The position numbers and the translations under genes were made by a program. The notes below the pieces were generated by a model that saw nothing but the letters and a program-made list of their open reading frames with translations, was not told the origin of the DNA and did no database searches. A DNA stretch of 64,000 nt from Candidatus Zixiibacteriota bacterium. Lineage in GTDB: Bacteria; Zixibacteria; MSB-5A5; WJJR01; JAJRUJ01. Below, piece after piece: positions 56,581-64,000 of this stretch; the first letter of the stretch is position 1, and every line of letters starts with the position of its first letter. The stretch lies in NCBI GenBank assembly GCA_020051695.1, contig JAGVQM010000019.1, positions 15,221 to 79,220 on the forward strand. The letters run 5' to 3'.

Positions 56581-58848
56581 GTGGAGGTTGTTTCAGGGAC
56601 GCGCTGGCCGTCCCGCGTCATGTCGCAATGGTTGCTTAAATTCAGGCGGCGGCTGGCAGTGGCCAACCGTGAACGTTTTGCCCGTTGGGCGAAAACACCG
56701 CGTTACCGTACGATGCGCTTCGCGGTCGGTTTGGCGCAGGGCGCGGGGCTGGTCCTGCTGGCCCTGTTCCTCTATCCCGCAGCGGAGTTGTTCGCCCCCC
56801 AGGACTGGCCGGATGTCGGCGACGTGGCCACTGAAGACATCGTGGCTTCGGTGAATTTCCCCATTAATAAAAGCCCCGAAGAACTGGCCGAGGAACAACG
56901 GCAGGCCGAAGCGAACTCGCCGCTGTATCTGCGCTATGACCGCGCGCCGGTCGACTCGGTGCTGGACGAACTGAGGGATTTCTTCAACCGCCTGGACTCG
57001 TTGTCGGCGACCTCGTTGTCGAGCCAGTCCCTGGCCCGCCGCCTGCAGCGCGATTTCCCCTGGCTGAACCTGGACCAGCCCGAGGCGCACATCCGGGAAT
57101 GGTCCGCGTTGCGGGCGCATTTGCAGGACATTTTGCGCGGGTTCTATGTGGCCGGCATTTTCCCCAACCGGCAATACCTGCCGTTCTCGGAGAATATTTT
57201 TGTGCTGGTCATGAAGCCCGGCGGGGAAATACCGCTGAAAAAAGACCAGATCCTCGATGTGGATATGGCCCGGCGGTTATTGCGGGCGGAAATCCTGGAA
57301 GTACCCGAGGTCGCCGAGGAGACTAAGGAAAGTCTGGCGGATTTCGCCGCGCAGTTTATCGTCGCCAACCTCGAATTCGATCCGGCGATCACCGAAGCCC
57401 GGCGGGAACAGGCCGTGTCCGAGATCAAGCCGATCAAAATGAAATTTTTCGCCGGTGAACGGATCGTCCGTAAAAACCAGCGGGTGACCGCCGAACATGT
57501 CGAACGTCTGCGGGCCCTGTCCGAGTATCATGTCCGCCAGGCCCGCCATGAAAATCCGCTGGCCTTTGCCATGCCGATCGTGGCGCGCTTTGTCCTGATC
57601 GGCTTGTGTATTGCCGGAATGGGTGTTTACCTGGTGTATTTCCAGCGGCAGGAAGTCAAACGGATCAGTTCGCTTTTGGCCCTCGGACTGATCTGGGCCG
57701 GCATGATTTTGGCGACCTTTGCCATTTCGCGCGCCGGGTTGTCGGAGTATCTCATCCCGATTGCCGTGTCTTCCATTTTAGTGACCATCCTGTTCAACCT
57801 GAGCATGGGCATTTTCAACACAATTTGTCTGTCGGTCCTGCTGGGCGTCCTCGGCGGCTTCGACTTTTCCCTGACCTTTGTCAACCTGGCCGCGGGTATG
57901 GTGACGGCTTATTCGGTGCGCCGCGTACACCACCGCTATGACTTCTACCGTCCCGTGCTGTATGGAGCGGTGACCTATGTCGTGTTGATTTACCTGTTGG
58001 AAACGCTCCGGTTTCAGGATACGGGGGCGATCCTCGCCTCCTGCGGTATCGGGGTCCTGAATGCCTTTTTCTCGGCGATCCTGTGTATCGGGTTGCTGCC
58101 CGTGTTCGAAAGTCTGTTCGGTTTTACCACCGATTTGACGCTGCTGGAGTTGTCGGATTTGAATCACCCGCTGTTGCGGCGGCTGGCACTGGAAGCCCCC
58201 GGCACCTATCATCATTCGTTGATCATCGGCACGCTGGCCGAAGCCGCCGCCGAATCAATCGGCGCCAACTCGCTGCTGGCCCGGGTCGGTTCTTATTTCC
58301 ATGATGTCGGCAAAATTGAAAAACCCGAATATTTCATCGAAAACCAGACGATCGCCCGCAGCCGGCATGACAAACTCACGCCCTCGATGAGCGCGCTGAT
58401 CCTGGAATCACATGTCAAGCTCGGCCGGGACCTCGCTTTGGAATACGACATCCCGGATAAAATTATCGACTTCATCGAGCAGCATCACGGCACCACGACC
58501 ATGGATTTTTTCCTGAATAAGGCACGCAGGCAATCGCCGGATGATCTGGTACCGGATGAGGAATTCCGTTATCCGGGTCCCAAACCGCAATCCCGGGAGA
58601 CGGCAATCCTGATGCTGGCCGATTCTGCCGAAGCGGTCAGCCGCACGCTGGATAATCCGAAACCCAGCCGAATGCGGACCGCCATCCATAGCGTCGTGCG
58701 CGATAAATTTGAAGCCGGGCAGCTCGATGAATGTGACCTGACCTTGAAAGACCTCGGAAAAATCGAGGCCGGTTTTATGCATCGCCTACAGGGGGTCTTT
58801 CACAAACGCGTGGAGTATCCGGGGAAAGAGGCGGAGAAAACCACATGA
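56581..58848 (+). CDS. 7TM-receptor-type HD/HDIG hydrolase (PgpH/YqfF-like)
   Basis: N-terminal extracellular domain, a 7-TM block, and a C-terminal HD domain (HHSLIIGTLAE...YFHDVGK...HHG). The start could instead be ATG 56620. Confidence 0.8.
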   Translation: MEVVSGTRWPSRVMSQWLLKFRRRLAVANRERFARWAKTPRYRTMRFAVGLAQGAGLVLLALFLYPAAELFAPQDWPDVGDVATEDIVASVNFPINKSPEELAEEQRQAEANSPLYLRYDRAPVDSVLDELRDFFNRLDSLSATSLSSQSLARRLQRDFPWLNLDQPEAHIREWSALRAHLQDILRGFYVAGIFPNRQYLPFSENIFVLVMKPGGEIPLKKDQILDVDMARRLLRAEILEVPEVAEETKESLADFAAQFIVANLEFDPAITEARREQAVSEIKPIKMKFFAGERIVRKNQRVTAEHVERLRALSEYHVRQARHENPLAFAMPIVARFVLIGLCIAGMGVYLVYFQRQEVKRISSLLALGLIWAGMILATFAISRAGLSEYLIPIAVSSILVTILFNLSMGIFNTICLSVLLGVLGGFDFSLTFVNLAAGMVTAYSVRRVHHRYDFYRPVLYGAVTYVVLIYLLETLRFQDTGAILASCGIGVLNAFFSAILCIGLLPVFESLFGFTTDLTLLELSDLNHPLLRRLALEAPGTYHHSLIIGTLAEAAAESIGANSLLARVGSYFHDVGKIEKPEYFIENQTIARSRHDKLTPSMSALILESHVKLGRDLALEYDIPDKIIDFIEQHHGTTTMDFFLNKARRQSPDDLVPDEEFRYPGPKPQSRETAILMLADSAEAVSRTLDNPKPSRMRTAIHSVVRDKFEAGQLDECDLTLKDLGKIEAGFMHRLQGVFHKRVEYPGKEAEKTT

Positions 58849-59336
58849 ACCCGTCAATTACCCTGACGAACCGTCATCCCCGGTTGCGCCCCGCCCACCG
58901 GCCCCTGGAAATGTTGGCCCGCCGGGTTTTTGCCGGCGAACACAAGCGGGGGACAGCCGATGTCATCCTCATCGGCTCGGCATTGCTGCATTCCCTGAAC
59001 CGGCGGTTTCTTCAGCACGACCGGACCACCGACGTTTTGTCCTTTCCCTTCGGCGCCGCGGGCAAGCCCGACAGCTCCGGGTACTGGGGTGAGGTGTATA
59101 TCAATCTCGATTTGGTCAACACTGACGCAAAAAACAACAACACGACCCTGAAAGAAGCCCTCGCCTGGCGGATGGTCCATGGCTTGCTGCACCTGTTCGG
59201 TTATGATCATCGGACAAAAGACGAGATCGTTCTCCTGGCCGGCCGTGAACGGCGCTACCTGAAGGCGGCCGGATTTTCCTATTCCGGATGGGAGTCCGAA
59301 CACAGCTCGCCGCGGCGCCAAGTGTTAGCACAATGA
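58845..59336 (+). CDS. ybeY: rRNA maturation endoribonuclease YbeY
   Basis: HGLLHLFGYDH zinc-binding motif. Overlaps the neighbouring genes by 4 nt on each side. Confidence 0.9.
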   Translation: MNPSITLTNRHPRLRPAHRPLEMLARRVFAGEHKRGTADVILIGSALLHSLNRRFLQHDRTTDVLSFPFGAAGKPDSSGYWGEVYINLDLVNTDAKNNNTTLKEALAWRMVHGLLHLFGYDHRTKDEIVLLAGRERRYLKAAGFSYSGWESEHSSPRRQVLAQ

Positions 59337-60607
59337 TGATCATCGGTCTTTCACTGGCAGTGATGGCGGCCCTGATTGTAACTTCACGGCTGGCGGCAAT
59401 CTATTCCTCGCAGTTGTTCTCGTCATCAAGTGAGCTCCTCACCGAACGGAACGATCTCACCGACCGGCAGCGCCGGTTTATCGAGGAGATCAACCGTCGT
59501 CCGCACGACCTGGTGTTTACCGCAGGACTGTTCAAATCACTGGCCTTAGTCGCCGGTTCACTGCTTACGGTGTTCCTGGTCGTCAACGGCGGAGTGTTCG
59601 GCGGGTGGGTGACGATACTATCTGCCGGGGCCGGGGCCATCACGTTCTGGTTTGTCTTTACCCTGATCGTGGATATCATGCCGCCGCCGAGCGAATCGGA
59701 CACGCGGCAGGTCCGGGCCCGTCTGGGCTTGTTGGCGGTGATTTACCACGGCTTCCGCCCCCTGCGCCGGCTGGCCGGCGCCTCCCGCGCCCGGTATGCC
59801 GAAGAGCGGCGGGACGAGGAGAAAAAGGAGGAAATCGTTGAACGCGCCATCGAAACGCTGGCCGAGGGCATCGGGACCGACGAGCCGATTATTGAGGAAG
59901 ATGAACGGCAGATGATCCAGCAGATTTTCCGGCTGGATACCACGGAGGTTAAGGAAGTCATGGTCCCGCGGATCAATATTATTGCAGTCGAACCGGAGAC
60001 CACGCTGGACCGCCTGCGCGAAATTGTCCGCACCGGCGGACACTCGCGTATCCCCGTGTATAAGGGAGATCTGGATACCATTCTGGGGATCGTGCATGTG
60101 AAAGATATTTTTTGCGGGAAGCCGGTTTCCCGTGAGCAGTTCGATTTGCGCAAGTACATCCGCCGCCCGCTGATTGTTCCCGAAACGCAGAAAATCGACC
60201 GCCTGCTCGAGGAATTCCGCCGCAAGCGCAACCATCTGGCCATTGTGGTCGATGAGTACGGCGGCACCGCCGGGCTGGTCTCCCTGGAAGACATCATCGA
60301 GGAGATCGTCGGCGAAATCGAGGACGAGCACGATTACCTCGAACCGGCGATCGTCACCAACGACGACGGGACAGTCCTCGTTTCCGGGCAGGTATCATTG
60401 GAGGAAATCACCGATCATTTTGAGTTGAAACCGTTCTCTGAGGAATTCGAGACCGTGGGCGGTCTGATTTATGATATCGTCGGCGGCGTCCCCGAACCGG
60501 GAAAAGTCATCAACAAACCGCCATTGCGCTTCATTGTGGCCCGGATCGACGGCCAGCGGATTGCCGAGATCAGGGTCGAACGCCTGCCCGAGGGTAACGG
60601 ACACTGA
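59333..60607 (+). CDS. CNNM/CorC-type hemolysin-family protein (DUF21 TM domain + CBS pair + CorC_HlyC)
   Basis: N-terminal 4 TM, then EVMVPRINI...HSRIPVY / LAIVVDEYGGTAGLVSLEDIIEEIVGEIEDEHD. Start at ATG 59333 (ATGA overlap with ybeY). Confidence 0.85.
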   Translation: MMIIGLSLAVMAALIVTSRLAAIYSSQLFSSSSELLTERNDLTDRQRRFIEEINRRPHDLVFTAGLFKSLALVAGSLLTVFLVVNGGVFGGWVTILSAGAGAITFWFVFTLIVDIMPPPSESDTRQVRARLGLLAVIYHGFRPLRRLAGASRARYAEERRDEEKKEEIVERAIETLAEGIGTDEPIIEEDERQMIQQIFRLDTTEVKEVMVPRINIIAVEPETTLDRLREIVRTGGHSRIPVYKGDLDTILGIVHVKDIFCGKPVSREQFDLRKYIRRPLIVPETQKIDRLLEEFRRKRNHLAIVVDEYGGTAGLVSLEDIIEEIVGEIEDEHDYLEPAIVTNDDGTVLVSGQVSLEEITDHFELKPFSEEFETVGGLIYDIVGGVPEPGKVINKPPLRFIVARIDGQRIAEIRVERLPEGNGH

Positions 60608-60765
60608 TCTTCCCCACGGCGGCGAAACCGACACCCGGTCTGTGAGAGATTCTTCTTTCCCGCCATGGGTATTTTTTGACATTTCCCGACGGCAAAAAAA
60701 CCGATGCGCCGCGGCGGTTTTCGCCGTATTCTGGTGATTAGAACATAAACGGGCGGGTAAAGACG

Positions 60766-60969
60766 ATGCCGATGTTTGAATACCGCTGTGGCGAATGTGG
60801 CCGCAATTTCGAAGAACTGGTCCTGTCCCCCTCGGCCGAACGGATAGTCCGCTGTCCGGGTTGCGGGTCGGCCCGAATTCAGAAAAAAATGTCCTGCTTT
60901 TCCGGAGTGTCCGGCGTGACCGGCTCCGGGGAGGCCGCGCCTGCGCCGCCGAGTTGCGGGTATAGTTGA
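60766..60969 (+). CDS. FmdB-family zinc-ribbon protein
   Basis: MPMFEYRCGECGRNFEELV...RCPGCGS gives two CxxC pairs in a 67 aa protein. Confidence 0.75.
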   Translation: MPMFEYRCGECGRNFEELVLSPSAERIVRCPGCGSARIQKKMSCFSGVSGVTGSGEAAPAPPSCGYS

Positions 60970-61027
60970 CGGGCGTAAGCGGCGGCCGTGCGCCGTCATT
61001 GCCCGGACCGGGGGTAGCAGAATCCGG

Positions 61028-61624
61028 TTGTCAAAGCGACGAATCGGAAATATCCGGGATATGAACGTCCCTCCGCGACAGTCATCTCGCGCAACCTCCG
61101 GCGGGGCAAAATCATTGCAGACTGACTTGTTCTACCCTGATTTGCGGCGGCTACCTGGGACTTCGGAACTAGCCTTGCTCTTTAACCGTCTCAACGAAAA
61201 GCACTTCGATAATAAATTACCCCCGGCGCAGGTATCCTGGTCCACCCGGCTGCGCATTGCCGGGAACTGCCGTCCGGACAGCCGGGAAATCCGCCTGTCG
61301 GTCAGTTATCACATTCATTTCCCCGAGGAAGTCGAACACACCCTGCTGCATGAGATGCTGCATCTAATTTATCCCACGCACGATGCGGCTTTCAAGCGCG
61401 CGGCGGAGAAACTCGGTGTGTCAATAAATTGCCGGGAATACCCCGGGGTACACCCCCGCAGCCGGTTTGTATACATCTGTCCGGGGTGCCGAACCGTGTA
61501 CCACCGGCAAAAACGCGGCAATATTTCCTGCGGCAAATGTTCGGGTAACGGGTACGATCCCCGGTTCAAGCTGGTGCTCCAAAAATCACCGCCCCGCACA
61601 CCCCGGGTGCGGCCGACCAGTTGA
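61028..61624 (+). CDS. SprT-like zinc metalloprotease domain protein with C-terminal zinc ribbon
   Basis: LLHEMLHL (HExxH) and CPGCRTVYHRQKRGNISCGKCSG. The start is uncertain (TTG 61028 or ATG 61061). Confidence 0.65.
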   Translation: MSKRRIGNIRDMNVPPRQSSRATSGGAKSLQTDLFYPDLRRLPGTSELALLFNRLNEKHFDNKLPPAQVSWSTRLRIAGNCRPDSREIRLSVSYHIHFPEEVEHTLLHEMLHLIYPTHDAAFKRAAEKLGVSINCREYPGVHPRSRFVYICPGCRTVYHRQKRGNISCGKCSGNGYDPRFKLVLQKSPPRTPRVRPTS

Positions 61625-61662
61625 CAAATCGCAAAAAAATCGTATATATCTAGGCCTTTTGT

Positions 61663-61736
61663 GGCGGTGTAGCTCAGCTGGCTAGAGCAGCGGAATCATA
61701 ATCCGCGTGTCCGGGGTTCGAATCCCTGCACCGCTA
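61663..61736 (+). tRNA. tRNA with CAT anticodon (elongator Met, or Ile2 if lysidine-modified)
   Basis: 74 nt cloverleaf: acceptor GGCGGTG/CACCGCT, D arm GCTC..GAGC, anticodon stem GCGGA/TCCGC with loop ATCATAA, T arm CGGGG-TTCGAAT-CCCTG. It lacks the initiator features (C1xA72, three GC pairs in the anticodon stem). CCA is not encoded. Confidence 0.9.
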
Positions 61737-61899
61737 CTTTCTGTAATCGATTTATTCGCGACCTGTGTTGGATTGCACCACCATATCTTCCTCGCGAAAC
61801 CGCATCTGTTGTCATCGCCACGAGGTTTGGTCAGTTAGTCTCCCGGCGCACTGGACAACAAGGCAGCTGGCGTTGAGCTGTCATAGTCCCAATACTGAT

Positions 61900-64000
61900 T
61901 TATTCTTCAGTTTTCGTGCGCTTCCCGAATAACACGTATAATACCGGCAGAACGAGTAACGTCAGTCCGGTAGATGACACGATCCCCCCAACCACCACGG
62001 TGGCCAGCGGACGCTGCACTTCTGCGCCGACACCTGACGAGATCGCCATCGGCACAAATCCCAAGGCAGCCACGAGTGCCGTAATGAGTACAGGACGCAA
62101 GCGTGTTACCGCACTTTCCCGCACGGCACTTTCAATATCCAGCCCTTCCGACCGCAGTCGCTTGATTGTTGAAACCAGTACCAGCCCGTTCAGTACTGCA
62201 ATGCCGGATAGAGCAATGAAACCGACGCCGGCCGAAATGGAAAATGGCATGCCGCGCACCGCGAGGGTCACCACACCGCCCACCGCCGCGAGCGGGACGC
62301 CCGAGAAAATGAGCAGGGCATCCCTGGCCGATTTATAGGTCCAGAAGAGAAGTCCGAAAATCAGCGCCAACGCGAGAGGCACCACCATCGCAAGCCGCAA
62401 ACGGGCACGTTCGAGGTTCTCAAATTGTCCACCGAGTCGAATGAAATATCCGGCCGGCAACGAGATCTCGGCATCCAGCCGACGACGGAGCTCTTTCACG
62501 AAAGACCCGATATCTCGGCCTCGTACATTACATTGTACGACGATGCGGCGCTTACTCCATTCCCGAGTGATTGTCGATGGTCCCTCATCCAACGCGGCGG
62601 TCGTCACCTGATCAAGACTTACGATGCTGCCTGTGCCCGAGGTCAGGAACACTTGATCGATATCTTCCGGTCCTTTGATTTGTGTCGTATCCACTTGCAC
62701 GACCAACTCAAATCGGCGCTGTCCTTCGAAAACATCGCCGACGGCCAAACCGCCAATGCTTTCAATGGCCATCAGCACATCTCGTGCCGACAGGCCGAAC
62801 CGTGCCAAGCGCTGCCGATCCACCGCCAGCCGAAGCTGCGGTTGTCCCGTTACTTGTTCGACGGAAACATCCGCCGCACCGGATATTTGTTTTGCTACTG
62901 CAGCAATCTGTTCTCCTTTTTCCACCAGGACCGCCAAATCGTCCCCGAACAGTTTGATGCCGATATCCGATCGAATGCCGGCGATCATTTCGTTCACCCG
63001 CATCTCGATCGGTTGTGTGAAGATCCGATTCTGTCCGGGAAGGTCGGCCAGCTCGGCATCCATGGCTGCTGTCAACTCCTCCTGAGTACCCGCTTTCGTC
63101 CACTGCTCTGTCGGCTTTAAAGAAATAAACATATCCGACAGCTCCAGTCCCATGGGATCGGTCGACAGCTCGGCCGTGCCGGTCCTGGTCCAGATTCGCT
63201 CGATCTCGTCCGGGAATGCCTCGAGTAGATTTCGCTCGATTCGCGTATTGTATTCAACTGTTTGCTCCAGCGAGATGCCGGCCAAACGAACCAGATTAAT
63301 GACGATCGTCCCTTCTCTCAGTCGCGGCACAAACTCAGAGCCCAGACGACTGAACAGCAATGCGCCGGAGGCAACCAGGATCAGGGCCAGCACCAGGACC
63401 ACCCGTTTGAAGCGCAGTCCCCAGTCCAGCACCGGCTCATACACATGGCGCAGTCCGCGGACGAGCACCGGCTCCCGCTTCCGTGCGGTGCCGGTTAGAA
63501 AACTGCCGATCAAGGCCGGAATGACAGTGAAGGAGAGGATCAGTGATCCGGTGAGCACAAACACCACCGTCAGCGCCATGGGTTGAAAAAGCTTGCCCTC
63601 CACCCCCTGCAGCGTCAGAATAGGCAGATAGACGGTGATGATAATCAGTTCGCCGAATAACGTCGGTTTTCGCACCTCCAGGATTGCTTCACGAATGACC
63701 TGCAGCCGGTCGGATGACCCATCTGCCTGTGAAAGCCGCCGGACGGAGTTTTCCACCTGAATGACGGCATTATCAACTGCCAAGCCGAAATCGATTGCTC
63801 CGAGACTCATCAGGCTGCCGACGATACCCACGCGCGACATAAGATCAAGAGCGAACAACATCGACAGCGGAATCGCCGAGGCCACAATCAACCCGGCCCG
63901 AAAATTCCCCAGAGAGATAAACAAAATGACGACGACGAGAAGCGCACCATAGAGGAGGTTATGGGTAACCGTCGAAAGGACTTTGTCGACCAACTTCGTC
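61900..64000 (-). CDS. RND efflux permease, CusA/CzcA-like, C-terminal ~700 aa (5' end beyond window)
   Basis: LMSLGAIDFGLAVDNAVIQVEN and the overall TM/periplasmic alternation are typical of CzcA/CusA-type RND pumps. The ORF runs off the window end. Confidence 0.85.
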   Translation of the reverse strand, partial: TKLVDKVLSTVTHNLLYGALLVVVILFISLGNFRAGLIVASAIPLSMLFALDLMSRVGIVGSLMSLGAIDFGLAVDNAVIQVENSVRRLSQADGSSDRLQVIREAILEVRKPTLFGELIIITVYLPILTLQGVEGKLFQPMALTVVFVLTGSLILSFTVIPALIGSFLTGTARKREPVLVRGLRHVYEPVLDWGLRFKRVVLVLALILVASGALLFSRLGSEFVPRLREGTIVINLVRLAGISLEQTVEYNTRIERNLLEAFPDEIERIWTRTGTAELSTDPMGLELSDMFISLKPTEQWTKAGTQEELTAAMDAELADLPGQNRIFTQPIEMRVNEMIAGIRSDIGIKLFGDDLAVLVEKGEQIAAVAKQISGAADVSVEQVTGQPQLRLAVDRQRLARFGLSARDVLMAIESIGGLAVGDVFEGQRRFELVVQVDTTQIKGPEDIDQVFLTSGTGSIVSLDQVTTAALDEGPSTITREWSKRRIVVQCNVRGRDIGSFVKELRRRLDAEISLPAGYFIRLGGQFENLERARLRLAMVVPLALALIFGLLFWTYKSARDALLIFSGVPLAAVGGVVTLAVRGMPFSISAGVGFIALSGIAVLNGLVLVSTIKRLRSEGLDIESAVRESAVTRLRPVLITALVAALGFVPMAISSGVGAEVQRPLATVVVGGIVSSTGLTLLVLPVLYVLFGKRTKTEE

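Noticed and set aside
1-64000. Search by eye for CRISPR arrays, IS elements or transposases, rRNA, and long exact DNA repeats.
   Set aside because: None was found. The only repetition is at the protein level: the diverged cassette paralogs and the FN3 repeats.

Overview
High-GC, densely coding bacterial chromosomal window from a diderm organism (Omp85-type barrel, lipobox lipoprotein, LolD/FtsX-like pair, RND pump). Most genes are recognisable housekeeping or envelope genes: argS, aspS, trpF, dapF, a UDP-sugar dehydrogenase, HDAC-family and FAH-family enzymes, MATE/MFS/RND transporters, oligoendopeptidase F, the conserved phoH / 7TM-HD / ybeY / corC block, and two tRNAs. No CRISPR array, transposase, integrase or rRNA was seen. 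The standout is a four-gene cassette of membrane proteins, called D-C-B-A here, that matches no characterised family I recognise. It occurs three times as diverged paralogs: two tandem copies forming an eight-gene minus-strand run (34920-42195) and a third copy about 28 kb away (3388-6906). The tandem array is preceded by a near-consensus sigma70-type promoter and a roughly 150 nt leader ending in a strong intrinsic-terminator hairpin just before the first start codon, which suggests attenuation or riboswitch control. Nearby lies a lipoprotein with five FN3-like repeats that share a sequence signature with the D-subunit ectodomains. Other notable items: an SppA protease gene with an unusual N-terminal beta-rich extension, whose frame is broken at an A9/T9 homopolymer; an EPSP-synthase-like protein and an ERCC4/XPF-like protein that both appear to lack their canonical catalytic residues; an M50-protease/HlyD fusion; a PlpD-like patatin-Omp85 protein; and a visibly AT-rich orphan gene. 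All family assignments come from reading motifs by eye. No searches or computations were run.
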